64,000 nt of DNA from the IMG/VR virus record IMGVR_UViG_3300024270_000002. The stretch is one strand, 5' to 3'. Positions 17,815 to 27,493 of this stretch are shown here, in pieces. A program made the translations under genes and the position numbers. The stretch is from a virus (lineage: Duplodnaviria > Caudoviricetes). The notes under the pieces were generated by a model. The model did not search any database. It saw only the letters and a program-made list of their open reading frames with translations, and was not told where the DNA came from. The first letter of the stretch is position 1; each line of letters opens with the position of its first letter.

Positions 17815-17833
17815 TATCTAAGAGAGAACCTAT

Positions 17834-18031
17834 ATGACAAGAGAGAAAGCGCTTCAGGTATCTAGCTTACTTTATAAGATAGAAACCTATGAAGCTTTAA
17901 TAGATGATATCACAGGTCTACAGACATTAGAAGAAATAGCTCAGGCCTATGGAGAACCTATTGAAGAAGAACTAATTGCTGTTGTTCAGCTTAGGCTTGA
18001 TAAACTACTTAAAGAGTTAGAGGAGATATAA
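17834..18031 (+). CDS. hypothetical protein
   Basis: Tandem paralog of next gene. Confidence 0.7.
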   Translation: MTREKALQVSSLLYKIETYEALIDDITGLQTLEEIAQAYGEPIEEELIAVVQLRLDKLLKELEEI

Positions 18032-18276
18032 TGAAGAAAGAAACTTTAGATAGAGCAAGAGAGCTTGAACATCAGATAGGTACTTATAGGACGATAGCTT
18101 TTGCAATGTCCTTTCCTTGGCAGAAGTTTAAGCTATTCAGAAGACATGCTTATATTGGATCTGGTGGAAACTATGGTACAGAAATCAGTCTTTCTGATCC
18201 GGAGCTTGCGAAGCTTATAGAGGATTATTGCAGAGATAAGATTAAGAAACTTAATAAAGAATTAGAGGAGCTTTAA
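18031..18276 (+). CDS. hypothetical protein
   Basis: TAATG coupling. Confidence 0.7.
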   Translation: MKKETLDRARELEHQIGTYRTIAFAMSFPWQKFKLFRRHAYIGSGGNYGTEISLSDPELAKLIEDYCRDKIKKLNKELEEL

Positions 18277-18734
18277 TGAAAGAGTTTATTAGATACACGC
18301 ATAATCCGGATAACCTTGAATTCGCAAGCCCATGTTATCTCTGTAAGCATCCAGAAGAAAGACCTGTACGAAACAAGCATAAGTGTTCTGCAACGGATTG
18401 TGATTACCTGAGGTGCTATGAGTTATTTGCTGAGCTGGAAGATACTATAGAAAACGCAGCTAAAGTAGAAGTTCATTACAAGCCACCATATGAAACAAAG
18501 TATGCCATAGTAGAATACTTCGCTCGTAAAAAGAAACCTCTTATGCTAGCTAGCTATTATATCTATGGCGAAGAACTTAAAACAGGAAAGCAGCTTATCT
18601 GTTGGCATTGGCTTCCTTCCACTAACTTTGTAATTTTAGAAGACGGCTTTGAAACCGAGGCCGAAGCAGACGCTAGAATGAAAGAACTGAGGAGCTTTAG
18701 AAAGGGTAAAGAGGTTATTATAACTAATTATTAA
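18276..18734 (+). CDS. hypothetical protein
   Basis: TAATG coupling. Confidence 0.75.
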   Translation: MKEFIRYTHNPDNLEFASPCYLCKHPEERPVRNKHKCSATDCDYLRCYELFAELEDTIENAAKVEVHYKPPYETKYAIVEYFARKKKPLMLASYYIYGEELKTGKQLICWHWLPSTNFVILEDGFETEAEADARMKELRSFRKGKEVIITNY

Positions 18735-18744
18735 GGAGTAGACT

Positions 18745-19146
18745 ATGAGGGTTACTATGAAATATGCATATCCGGAAAAAGGTACCAGGAACGGTAGAAT
18801 CTACTCGCCGGAAGTTATTGAGAAAGCCTTTAATGAACCTGCCTTTAAAGAACGTTGCTTGGCTAATGCAGTGCCTATAAAAGATGAAGCTGGTGAGTTT
18901 ATTGGTATGGGGACCGCTCACCTTGAAGATGGTAGAGTGGTTACTATAGATGCTGAAGTATTCTCGCCGGCTCATATTAACGCTCTAAAGATTGCAGACC
19001 GTACCGTTGGACTTACTCTAGTCGGCTATGGAAATGTTATACATAGAAATGGAGTTAATATTGTTACTGACTTTACCAGTGATTCTGCTCTGCTTTGTGA
19101 ACACCCGGCAGTAGATTGTTCTATGGAAATACAGCAGGAAGACTGA
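18745..19146 (+). CDS. prohead-protease (T4 gp21-like) homolog, apparently inactive
   Basis: RNGRIYSPEVIEKA and VGLTLVGYGNV...GVNIVTDF...HPA; no GELxHP or SSRG. Confidence 0.55.
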   Translation: MRVTMKYAYPEKGTRNGRIYSPEVIEKAFNEPAFKERCLANAVPIKDEAGEFIGMGTAHLEDGRVVTIDAEVFSPAHINALKIADRTVGLTLVGYGNVIHRNGVNIVTDFTSDSALLCEHPAVDCSMEIQQED

Positions 19147-19187
19147 TTAAATTAACAAATTATTATTAATAAAGGAGATATTTAAAT

Positions 19188-19538
19188 ATGGGTTGGTTTG
19201 ATGCATCAGCTACATATAGTAGTGGTAAAACACCAAAGTATAAGGTAGGAGATAAGGTATATAGACTACTTGTTATTCCGCCGAAGTTTAATAAAAGAAA
19301 GCTACAGAAGTTTTGTGTTCCTTGTGAGGTTACAGGAGTATCCACAAAGAAGAGTGGCTTTATCTTTAGAGAGTTTACTTATACAGTTAAGTCCGCGACT
19401 GGTGAAACTGTAGAAAACGTTTATGAGTCTGAACTCTATGCTGAATATCAGAACGTGCCGGAAACTAAGAATCCGGATATTACTTTTAAAGAAGCAGTAG
19501 AAGAAGCTCTAGAACAAATGACAGAGGATTCATTATAA
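19188..19538 (+). CDS. hypothetical protein (KYKVGDKV SH3-like)
   Basis: SD AAAGGAG. Confidence 0.75.
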   Translation: MGWFDASATYSSGKTPKYKVGDKVYRLLVIPPKFNKRKLQKFCVPCEVTGVSTKKSGFIFREFTYTVKSATGETVENVYESELYAEYQNVPETKNPDITFKEAVEEALEQMTEDSL

Positions 19539-19549
19539 GGAGATATAAT

Positions 19550-19714
19550 ATGACCAGAGGCGAAGAAGCTATTATTAAAGGATTTTTGATGGGTGCTTAT
19601 AAAGCAGTCCAAGATGCACAAGATGCTGAGAAACTTGCCCGTGCAGAGAGTGCCTATGATATTATTAGTAGACTTGCTAAACAGCTTAAAGTAGAAAATC
19701 CTTGTGAAAAGTAA
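19550..19714 (+). CDS. small hypothetical protein (54 aa, not in ORF track)
   Basis: SD AAGGAG, MTRGEEAII... Confidence 0.7.
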   Translation: MTRGEEAIIKGFLMGAYKAVQDAQDAEKLARAESAYDIISRLAKQLKVENPCEK

Positions 19715-19729
19715 ATTATAAAATCTTAC

Positions 19730-19755
19730 GGGATAGCTTAATTTTAGGCTATCCC
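19730..19755 (+). terminator. hairpin (possible terminator, weak U tract)
   Basis: GGGATAGCTTA/TAGGCTATCCC. Confidence 0.55.
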
Positions 19756-19802
19756 CTATTGTATTATATTATAAAGAAACTATTTTTTGGAGGAAGAAGC
19801 TT

Positions 19803-20039
19803 GTGGCTAAGTGTTATGTATTAAAAGAAGATGTTTCTATTACCTTTACCCCGGATGAAATCTGGGAGCTGATAGTTATTTGTGAAGGTGATAAAGTATT
19901 TAATAAGAATGCCATGCGGCAGTATCGTGAAGGCAGCAGAGCTTATAATGAGTATAAGGAACTTTATGACTTGGCAGAAAAGATGCAGCAGAAGATTATT
20001 GATATTCGCAATACTCATGGTGTTTTGGAGGAGATTTAA
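19803..20039 (+). CDS. hypothetical protein
   Basis: SD GGAGG, GTG start. Confidence 0.7.
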   Translation: MAKCYVLKEDVSITFTPDEIWELIVICEGDKVFNKNAMRQYREGSRAYNEYKELYDLAEKMQQKIIDIRNTHGVLEEI

Positions 20040-20040
20040 T

Positions 20041-20529
20041 ATGAAAGTATATGTTGTTACAGATGGGTCTTATTCTGATTATGCTATTGAAAAGGTTTTC
20101 TCTAATAGACCCGCGGCAGAAGAATTTAAGAAGTGGCGTAGAATTCAAAATGACATAGAGGAATGGGAAGTGTACGATAAGCCTTTTGAAACTGATGATG
20201 GTGAGAAGGTTATGTTTATCAGAGTGTCTGGTTATGTATATCCGGAAGCTGTAGTAGATATTAAGTTTGAAATTAGACCTGACTTGCTTAGACAGGAGTC
20301 TCTGTCAAGAGGAGCAGGTATTCATTCTGTTCCAAAGCCTGGTGTATTTAATCTTTATTGTTATAGATACGTTCCTGCTGATAAGTGGGACGAAGAGAAA
20401 TATAAAGACTTGCTAACTAAGGTTCTTTATGACTATGCAGGTATCGTTAAGGCTATGCTTGCTGAAGGCGCCTCTATTAGAGATATTGAAATGGCTCTTA
20501 GAGGTAGAGAAGTGGAGGCTGCCATATGA
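20041..20529 (+). CDS. hypothetical protein (MKVYxV...VFS...A family)
   Basis: SD GGAGGAG, ATG 20041. Confidence 0.75.
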   Translation: MKVYVVTDGSYSDYAIEKVFSNRPAAEEFKKWRRIQNDIEEWEVYDKPFETDDGEKVMFIRVSGYVYPEAVVDIKFEIRPDLLRQESLSRGAGIHSVPKPGVFNLYCYRYVPADKWDEEKYKDLLTKVLYDYAGIVKAMLAEGASIRDIEMALRGREVEAAI

Positions 20530-20747
20530 TTAGTGCTGCAGAAGCAAGACAGTTTAAAGAGCATGCTTGGCAGTATCAATTAGAACAGATTGACAGAGCT
20601 GTTAAGGAGACTATTATTGCAGGAGGCCACGAATGTGGCTATAGAGCAGACCTTCTTGATGAACGGACGATTGAGCAGTTAAGACTTCTCGGATATAAGG
20701 TAGAAGTCGCAGATTATCACTTCACTAAGATTTATTGGGAGGATTAA
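20526..20747 (+). CDS. hypothetical protein (paralog of 6265)
   Basis: MISAAEAR...IYWED. Confidence 0.75.
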   Translation: MISAAEARQFKEHAWQYQLEQIDRAVKETIIAGGHECGYRADLLDERTIEQLRLLGYKVEVADYHFTKIYWED

Positions 20748-20750
20748 TTA

Positions 20751-21074
20751 ATGGAATTTTATGATGCTTGGGAATTTCTATTGGAGCATAAAATGTTTCA
20801 ACGTCACTTCAGAGATCTTTTGTATATTATGGTGGTTAAAGTAAACCCACTTACCAACGAAGTCGATGATGATCAGACAAAAAATACTAAGACACAAGTT
20901 TGGCTTGAAGTAGGTCCTTGGAGTGAACAATACCATACACACGATTGGGACCTTGACTGTGGTGGAGATACTTTTGAGGAAGCTATTATTAAGCTTGCAG
21001 ACTTGGTTAAGCAGTATTATGGCGACGATGGTATAAAGAAGTCTGAGAAGTATACTGCTGTTACGGAGGATTGA
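20751..21074 (+). CDS. hypothetical protein
   Basis: SD GGAGG. Confidence 0.75.
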   Translation: MEFYDAWEFLLEHKMFQRHFRDLLYIMVVKVNPLTNEVDDDQTKNTKTQVWLEVGPWSEQYHTHDWDLDCGGDTFEEAIIKLADLVKQYYGDDGIKKSEKYTAVTED

Positions 21075-21077
21075 TTT

Positions 21078-21368
21078 ATGGAGAAGTATTATAGAGTAAG
21101 TGATATTAATGAGATACTTAATAAGCTCGCTAAAGAGCCTACTTATTATCATGAAGGAGAGGACTTCTATAATGGCGTCTGTGCTGTTGAAGGTGCGCTT
21201 ATGTGCTTGGAGCCTGTAGAGCTCGAGGAACCTAAGGTAGGAGAATGGCTTTCATTTACACGTCCTCAGCAACGGTGGGTACTTGCCTGCTCTATATGTG
21301 ATGCTGCTAGCAATGTTAGGACAAAGTATTGTCCAAACTGCGGAGCAAAGATGAATAAGGAGAATTAA
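21078..21368 (+). CDS. hypothetical protein with C-terminal zinc ribbon
   Basis: CSIC...YCPNCGAKM. Confidence 0.8.
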   Translation: MEKYYRVSDINEILNKLAKEPTYYHEGEDFYNGVCAVEGALMCLEPVELEEPKVGEWLSFTRPQQRWVLACSICDAASNVRTKYCPNCGAKMNKEN

Positions 21369-21369
21369 G

Positions 21370-21924
21370 ATGAAGGTAGAACTTACTATCCAAGATATGT
21401 TTGATCGTTATCCAGGTCTATTCAAAGAACGCGCCGACTGCTTGGATCATTTATTTATTTGTATAGGTAATGGTTTTAAGTGGAAAAATGGTGAGCTTGT
21501 AGACGATGATTATAAGTACACAAGAGAATATCAAAAGGTTTTGAAATCTCATCTAGTAGATGGAAAGGCTTTTCAGCATAATAAACTCTCTCTGCGTGCG
21601 GAGTCCATCTATTATGACGAACTTAGAAAAGCTGATGGAAGGAGAAATCTCTTTGCAGACATTTATACTCCAGAAGAGATCGAAGAAATGCATCAAAAGC
21701 ATTTGGCTTCTCTCCCTGATGATGTATATTATAAGCATCCGAGAGTGGAACGATGGTACGATTCTCATGTAGACTCTGAAGGAAAACCCTACATAAGATT
21801 TTGTAGGGCCTATGCTAAGCTTTTTAATTATCCAGAAGATATAAAGCCAGATTGGCTTGCAGCTATAGAAGAAACTAAACAGCTTCTTATTGAAGATTTT
21901 GGACCTGATGTGTTTAAGGAGTAA
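21370..21924 (+). CDS. hypothetical protein
   Basis: SD AAGGAG. Confidence 0.8.
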   Translation: MKVELTIQDMFDRYPGLFKERADCLDHLFICIGNGFKWKNGELVDDDYKYTREYQKVLKSHLVDGKAFQHNKLSLRAESIYYDELRKADGRRNLFADIYTPEEIEEMHQKHLASLPDDVYYKHPRVERWYDSHVDSEGKPYIRFCRAYAKLFNYPEDIKPDWLAAIEETKQLLIEDFGPDVFKE

Positions 21925-21927
21925 GAT

Positions 21928-22386
21928 ATGACTAAAGAATATATTGAACGCGAGGCAGCGCTTAAAGCATTGGATAAGGCTATGGATGATCGGACCTGGT
22001 CTATGGATGATCATGATACCATATGCCAGATGATTGACTACTTGGAAAAGGTTCCGGTAGTAGAGGCAGACATTGACGAGCTTAAGAAAGAAGTTGCTGA
22101 TCTAAGAAATCGTTTACATCTTATCTGGGCACTTGGTTTTGATTATGACGGCTGTAATACAGTAGAGAGCTTAAAGGAGCTTATTGATGAGCTTGTTTCT
22201 TATACTCAGTTGCCTAGGGAGCATGTTCCTGATATTACTTCCAGAACTGGAACTTGGGTTAATGCAGAATGTTCTGAGAAAAATGGTGATGCTACATGTT
22301 CTCTTTGCGGACATTGGGATTGGTCTGACTGTAAGTATTGTTCTAATTGTGGAGCTAAGATGAGTAAGAGGCCGACCAATGATTAA
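21928..22386 (+). CDS. hypothetical protein with C-terminal zinc ribbon
   Basis: CSLC...YCSNCGAKM. Confidence 0.8.
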   Translation: MTKEYIEREAALKALDKAMDDRTWSMDDHDTICQMIDYLEKVPVVEADIDELKKEVADLRNRLHLIWALGFDYDGCNTVESLKELIDELVSYTQLPREHVPDITSRTGTWVNAECSEKNGDATCSLCGHWDWSDCKYCSNCGAKMSKRPTND

Positions 22387-22672
22387 CTCAGCAGAAGAAC
22401 TTAAAGAACAGCAGATTAACGAAATAGCTAAAGATCTTTGCAGTAGATATTCTATTTGTACTTGCGTAGATAGAGGCGGACATTGTTCGACACCGCAGCA
22501 ACATGCTAGAATTATCTACGGCTTAGGCTATAAGAAACAGGTAAAAGGAACTTGGAAGAATTATTCTTCTACTATGATGGAATGCAGTGAGTGCAAGAAA
22601 CATGTTCCGTATCATAGATATGAGTTCTGCCCGCATTGTGGAGCTAAGATGGAGAAGGAGATTTTACTATGA
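22379..22672 (+). CDS. hypothetical protein with C-terminal zinc ribbon
   Basis: CSEC...FCPHCGAKM. Confidence 0.8.
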   Translation: MINSAEELKEQQINEIAKDLCSRYSICTCVDRGGHCSTPQQHARIIYGLGYKKQVKGTWKNYSSTMMECSECKKHVPYHRYEFCPHCGAKMEKEILL

Positions 22673-22878
22673 AAGTATATATAGTTTGGGAATATGCAGT
22701 AATAGAGTATGAAGAGCGTGTACGAAATATGGGAGTATTTTCTTCTATAGAAAAAGCTGAGGCTGCTATTAAAGAATATGCGGAAATTGCAGAGTGCTAT
22801 AAGGAACACTTCGAATATAATTATGAAGAATTTGAATTAGACACTGTTTGGGAAAGCACAGAGGACGAAGATGAGTAA
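22669..22878 (+). CDS. hypothetical protein (MKVYxV family)
   Basis: Paralog of 20041 N-terminus. Confidence 0.7.
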   Translation: MKVYIVWEYAVIEYEERVRNMGVFSSIEKAEAAIKEYAEIAECYKEHFEYNYEEFELDTVWESTEDEDE

Positions 22879-23221
22879 GGATAATGAGACTTATAATGTT
22901 GGCTTAATTTGGCCTGGTGATGAGCATTCTGTTGAGATAATGCAGGATGCCGAAGGTAATTTTATTACTGATGAGAAGCATATTAAAGATTGGGTTTATT
23001 GTTTAAATAATCCTTGGTCGGGCACTTCTATGGAATATGAGATTTATCCTAACTATCAGAAGGCAGATGAATGGATAGCTCGCAAGAAAGTTATCGTATA
23101 TGATTCTCTTGATGCTTGTATTGCAGCAAGGGGTTCTACACCAAAGGAAGCGTTAGAGAACCTTGAGGATTTTATACTGGAAGTAACTGAGCAGTACTAT
23201 GAGGAGACAGAAGATGAGTAA
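22871..23221 (+). CDS. hypothetical protein
   Basis: SD GAGG, overlap. Confidence 0.75.
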   Translation: MSKDNETYNVGLIWPGDEHSVEIMQDAEGNFITDEKHIKDWVYCLNNPWSGTSMEYEIYPNYQKADEWIARKKVIVYDSLDACIAARGSTPKEALENLEDFILEVTEQYYEETEDE

Positions 23222-23597
23222 CGGAACAGTAACAATTATTAATACAACACCTTATAACCTACAGTCAGTTCCGGAAGTAGGAAAAGAATATCATATCTTT
23301 GATGATGGTAAGATAAGTATGAGCAGACATTATACTGCTAAGATAGTAGAGGTTATTCCTTTTGAGAAATGTGAAGACCTTGAGCTTATGTCTAAGTGGG
23401 CAGAGGAAGTTATTGAATGCTATTGGCTTTTTGCTACAGCTACAGATTACTTTGTTAAGGCAGTATCAGACTATGATAAGAACCCTTTATACTTTGTAAG
23501 AACAACTGACGGAGGCTGGTTCTCGATAGACTACCCTAGTGTCTGGATGGGAGCCAGACTTGATATCGATGGTCGGCTTTATAATAAGATGATTTAG
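23214..23597 (+). CDS. hypothetical protein
   Basis: SD GAGGAG, ATG 23214. Confidence 0.75.
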   Translation: MSNGTVTIINTTPYNLQSVPEVGKEYHIFDDGKISMSRHYTAKIVEVIPFEKCEDLELMSKWAEEVIECYWLFATATDYFVKAVSDYDKNPLYFVRTTDGGWFSIDYPSVWMGARLDIDGRLYNKMI

Positions 23598-23620
23598 AAC
23601 TATGGAGATGAAAATTAATT

Positions 23621-25000
23621 ATGTATGATGTCGTAATTATAGGCGGAGGCATTGGAGGTCTGATGTCTGCCTATAGACTTGTTACTAATAATAAGAATCT
23701 TAAGATTGCAGTTATAGAACAAGGCAGTGAATTAACTAAAAGAACGTGTCCGATGCATTCCTCTAAAGGTGCCTGCAGACACTGCAAGACCTGCGCTATC
23801 ACCCATGGTATTGCAGGAGCTGGTGCTTTCTCAGATGGTAAGTTTAACATGGGCACTGCTTATGGCGGTACTTTAGGAGAAGAGCTCGGTGAAGAACTTA
23901 CTATGAAGTATATTAATATGTTAGACAGTATCTTGAGTAGTTATGCTTCTGACTACCCTGATATGTATGAATCTGATGATGACCTAAAATTAGAGTGCCT
24001 TCAGAATAATCTTACATTATTAGATATGAATGTTCGACACCTTGGCACAGATAAGAACTACGATACTATGCTAGCTATCTACAATGATCTTCAAGAGAAC
24101 TACGGAGTAGCGTTTATGACGAATCTTGCTTGTACAAATATTTCTAAGAGTGACACTGCCTATGAAGTAGTAGTACAGCGCGGAAATGTTTCTTGGAGTT
24201 ATGGAGCTAAAAGAGTTATAGTAGCTACTGGCAGAAGTGGAGCAGACTTTGTTAAGAAGCTATGCAAGGATTTTAATGTAAGTGTAGAAGCCAGAGCTGT
24301 AGATATCGGTGTGAGAGTAGAGATGCCTGATCTTATTTGGAAGAAATTTTCAGATAAGATTTATGAACCTAAGATTCATTATAGAACTACTACCTACGGA
24401 GATTCTTGCAGAATGTTTTGCTTTAATCAGGGTGGCATTGTATCCGCAGAAAATAATAATGGAGTTATTACTGCAAACGGACATAGCTATGCAGATAAGG
24501 CTAAGAAGACAAAGAACTGCAATTTTGCCGTACTGTCAAGTACACACTTTACTGAGCCGTTTAATCAACCTACCGAGTATGCTGAGAATATCGCTAAGCT
24601 GGCCAACATGATCGGAAAAGATAACGTGATCGTACAGAGGCTTGGAGATCTAAAGCTCGGTAGACGTACTACTACACACCGGCTTTCTCAGTGTACCACT
24701 GTACCTACTCTGACGGCCACGCCTGGAGACCTAGCGCTTGTTCTTCCTCACAGAGTACTTACTAATATTATTGAAACTCTCGAGGCTTTGGATAAGGTAG
24801 CTCCTGGAACAGCGAATCCTGATACACTTCTATATGGAGTAGAGAGTAAATATTATTCCTTAAAGCCTGCTCATAGTGAATCTTTTGAATTGGTACCTGG
24901 TCTTTATCTTATTGGTGATGGTTCAGGTATCTGTAGAGGCTTAAGCCAGTCTGGCGCTATGGGTCTTTATGTAGCTGACTGTATAACAGATAATAAATAA
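23621..25000 (+). CDS. FAD-dependent oxidoreductase with Cys cluster (COG2509-like)
   Basis: GGGIGG Rossmann motif, CP..C..C..C, GAGAFSDGK, ATGRSG, LYLIGDGSG. Confidence 0.85.
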   Translation: MYDVVIIGGGIGGLMSAYRLVTNNKNLKIAVIEQGSELTKRTCPMHSSKGACRHCKTCAITHGIAGAGAFSDGKFNMGTAYGGTLGEELGEELTMKYINMLDSILSSYASDYPDMYESDDDLKLECLQNNLTLLDMNVRHLGTDKNYDTMLAIYNDLQENYGVAFMTNLACTNISKSDTAYEVVVQRGNVSWSYGAKRVIVATGRSGADFVKKLCKDFNVSVEARAVDIGVRVEMPDLIWKKFSDKIYEPKIHYRTTTYGDSCRMFCFNQGGIVSAENNNGVITANGHSYADKAKKTKNCNFAVLSSTHFTEPFNQPTEYAENIAKLANMIGKDNVIVQRLGDLKLGRRTTTHRLSQCTTVPTLTATPGDLALVLPHRVLTNIIETLEALDKVAPGTANPDTLLYGVESKYYSLKPAHSESFELVPGLYLIGDGSGICRGLSQSGAMGLYVADCITDNK

Positions 25001-25014
25001 GGAGGACTAATGGT

Positions 25015-26154
25015 ATGAATAAAGTATTAATTGTAGGTGGAACATTTGATAAAGAAGGTGGCAGACCTTCTAAGCTTATTAATAGTATCTATGAAGAGAC
25101 AGCTAAGCAGTATGCTGATATTGATTTTTATGAAGTTACTTGTATCAACGGTGGTACAGTAGATAGACTACATAACGAAGTGCTGCCTTCTGCAGTAGAC
25201 TATCAGATTGTTATGTGGTTTGCTAATGTAAGTAATGATGAAGATAAGCTCAGAGATGTTAAGGCTCTTAATCCTAAGTGTATGCTTGTTACGTCTAAGA
25301 GAAATGATGATAGCAAGTATACATTCGCAGAGTTGATTAGCCGAGCTCTGGCAATTAAAGCAAATCTTACTATTGAGTTTTCTAAGCAAGAAGATAAGTT
25401 TAATATGATGCTCTTTGACCCGCTCGGTAATGTATTCTACGATGGGCTTAGTGTGGCAGAGCTCTGTGATGCTCTTACTACCAGACTTTGGAAGCTGGTT
25501 CAGTTTACTAGAGTGCCTACTATTCAGGAGACTGAGCTTCCTGTGCCAGAGGTGCCGGAAGAAACTGAGTTCTTCGAGTTTGCTCATGACTGTGCTGATA
25601 TCTTCCATAACCTTATTAGACCAGCGAAAGGAACAGAAAGATTCCTTGGTAATATGAGTTTTAGATGCCAGAACGGTTTTCCTTCTTTCAGAGGCGAGAA
25701 CGGTATTATTTATGTAAGTAGAAGAAATGTGGATAAGTCCGATATCAATGCCAGCAGCTTTGTACCTACCTATATAGATAATAATAAAGTAAAGTATTTC
25801 GGAGATTATAAACCTTCGGTAGATACACCTGTACAGCTTAGACTTTATAGGCTTTTCCCTTGGGCTAACTACATGCTGCATGCTCATTGCTATGTAGATA
25901 CCTTTGGAATGCCCGAGACGGTTATGCTACATACTGAGAATCCTATCCCTTGTGGCGCTCTTGAAGAAGTAAACGAGATTTATAAGTTGGCTTCTGAGTA
26001 TACTTTTAAGTATAGTCTTACTCCAAGACTTCTTGCTATTAATCTTAAAGGTCACGGCTGTATCCTTATTGCTAAAGATGTAGAAATATTTAAGGAACTT
26101 CAGAAGCATAAGGATAACTGCTTCGTACAGCGACCTATCCCAGAAGTAGTTTAA
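25015..26154 (+). CDS. class II aldolase/adducin-domain protein with extra N-terminal domain
   Basis: GNMSFR, KPSVD, HAH, LKGHG. Confidence 0.75.
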   Translation: MNKVLIVGGTFDKEGGRPSKLINSIYEETAKQYADIDFYEVTCINGGTVDRLHNEVLPSAVDYQIVMWFANVSNDEDKLRDVKALNPKCMLVTSKRNDDSKYTFAELISRALAIKANLTIEFSKQEDKFNMMLFDPLGNVFYDGLSVAELCDALTTRLWKLVQFTRVPTIQETELPVPEVPEETEFFEFAHDCADIFHNLIRPAKGTERFLGNMSFRCQNGFPSFRGENGIIYVSRRNVDKSDINASSFVPTYIDNNKVKYFGDYKPSVDTPVQLRLYRLFPWANYMLHAHCYVDTFGMPETVMLHTENPIPCGALEEVNEIYKLASEYTFKYSLTPRLLAINLKGHGCILIAKDVEIFKELQKHKDNCFVQRPIPEVV

Positions 26155-26173
26155 TTATTGAAAGGAAGTACAG

Positions 26174-26722
26174 ATGAAGAAACCTATTGTTGTTAATTTA
26201 ACAGGCAGTCCTGGCGCCGGTAAGTCGACTGGTGCTGCAAAAATCTTTAGCGAGCTTAAGATGCTTGGTATTAACTGCGAGCTAGTAGGCGAGTTTGCTA
26301 AGGATAAGACTTGGGAGCATAATCGTACCGCACTCAACTGTCAAGAGTATGTCTTTGGTAAACAGTCTTATCGACTAGCGAGGTGCCGAGACGAGGTAGA
26401 TGTTATTGTTACCGATAGTCCGCTCCCGCTTACAATTATCTATACTAAAAATGAAAAGATTAAAGAGCCGCTTACTAAACTTGTTATGGCTATCTACGAT
26501 TCTTATGATAATATTAATTTCTTTATTAATAGAACCAAGCCTTATAATCCTAAGGGTCGCAATCAGACTGCCGAGGAAAGCGATGCCCTGAGTCTTGATA
26601 TTAAGGAACTATACCAGAGACTAAATATTCCGTATACTGAGATCACCGGAGATGATGAAGGATACCAGAAAGCTATCGCTAAGGTAGTAACTAAACTTAA
26701 TACTGCTAAGCTAAATGGCTAA
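26174..26722 (+). CDS. P-loop kinase/ATPase (AAA_28, NadR-kinase-like)
   Basis: GSPGAGKST, EFAK, IVTDSPL. Confidence 0.8.
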   Translation: MKKPIVVNLTGSPGAGKSTGAAKIFSELKMLGINCELVGEFAKDKTWEHNRTALNCQEYVFGKQSYRLARCRDEVDVIVTDSPLPLTIIYTKNEKIKEPLTKLVMAIYDSYDNINFFINRTKPYNPKGRNQTAEESDALSLDIKELYQRLNIPYTEITGDDEGYQKAIAKVVTKLNTAKLNG

Positions 26723-26730
26723 AATTTATT

Positions 26731-26769
26731 TAACAGTTACTCTTTTTCGAGGGTAGCTGTTATTTTTTA
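26731..26769 (+). terminator. intrinsic terminator (copy 1 of direct repeat)
   Basis: TAACAGTTACTC...GGGTAGCTGTTA plus T tract. Confidence 0.8.
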
Positions 26770-26770
26770 T

Positions 26771-26780
26771 TGCTAAATTA
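26771..26780 (+). promoter_or_regulatory. putative late promoter TGCTAAATTA
   Basis: Recurrent motif. Confidence 0.7.
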
Positions 26781-26817
26781 TACATAAAATAAATATATTA
26801 TTAAAGGAGATAGATAA

Positions 26818-27468
26818 ATGATTAACACTATACGTTTACGTTGTATCTTAGGCTGGCTCGGTATGGCCTTACCATTACTTGTGCTTGTACTGTGCTTAAT
26901 ATTTGGGTATGGTGTGCCAGATTCAATTTCTGCTACATATTATATTCCTACTTGTATAACGCCTTTTATGATTATTCTCGGCTCGGCAGGTATTCTACTA
27001 ATTAGTTATAAAGGATATGATCAGCAGGATGATATTATTTGCACTATTGCTGGCGCATTTGCATTAGGCATTTGCATATTCCCGTGTGCTACTAAAGACC
27101 TCATAACGAGATGGCCTGAGCTTGCTACATTAGGCCAAGTAGGCACTTTTCAAATTGTACCAGTTATTAGTGGTATCCTACATAACATTTGTGCACTAAG
27201 TTTCTTTGCTTTACTGTCTTATAACTCTATATTTTTGTTTACTAAAACAAACGGTAATATTACGAAAAATAAGAAGATACGAAATGTTATTTTCAGAGTA
27301 TGTGGTATCGGTATGGCAGTATCATTTATAGCAATTATCCCAGTTAGCATTTTTAATCTGTGGGGTGGCATTTGGCTAATCGAAACTATTGCTCTTGCAC
27401 TATTTGGTATATCATGGCTAACTAAAGCTAACTACTTCCGGTGGTTATTTGCGGATCCTAAACAATAA
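26818..27468 (+). CDS. multi-pass membrane protein (DUF998-like)
   Basis: About 6 TM helices; SISATYY, LHNICA, E..AL..FG..W. Confidence 0.75.
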   Translation: MINTIRLRCILGWLGMALPLLVLVLCLIFGYGVPDSISATYYIPTCITPFMIILGSAGILLISYKGYDQQDDIICTIAGAFALGICIFPCATKDLITRWPELATLGQVGTFQIVPVISGILHNICALSFFALLSYNSIFLFTKTNGNITKNKKIRNVIFRVCGIGMAVSFIAIIPVSIFNLWGGIWLIETIALALFGISWLTKANYFRWLFADPKQ

Positions 27469-27493
27469 AGTTAATATTTATTTTAAACAAAAA

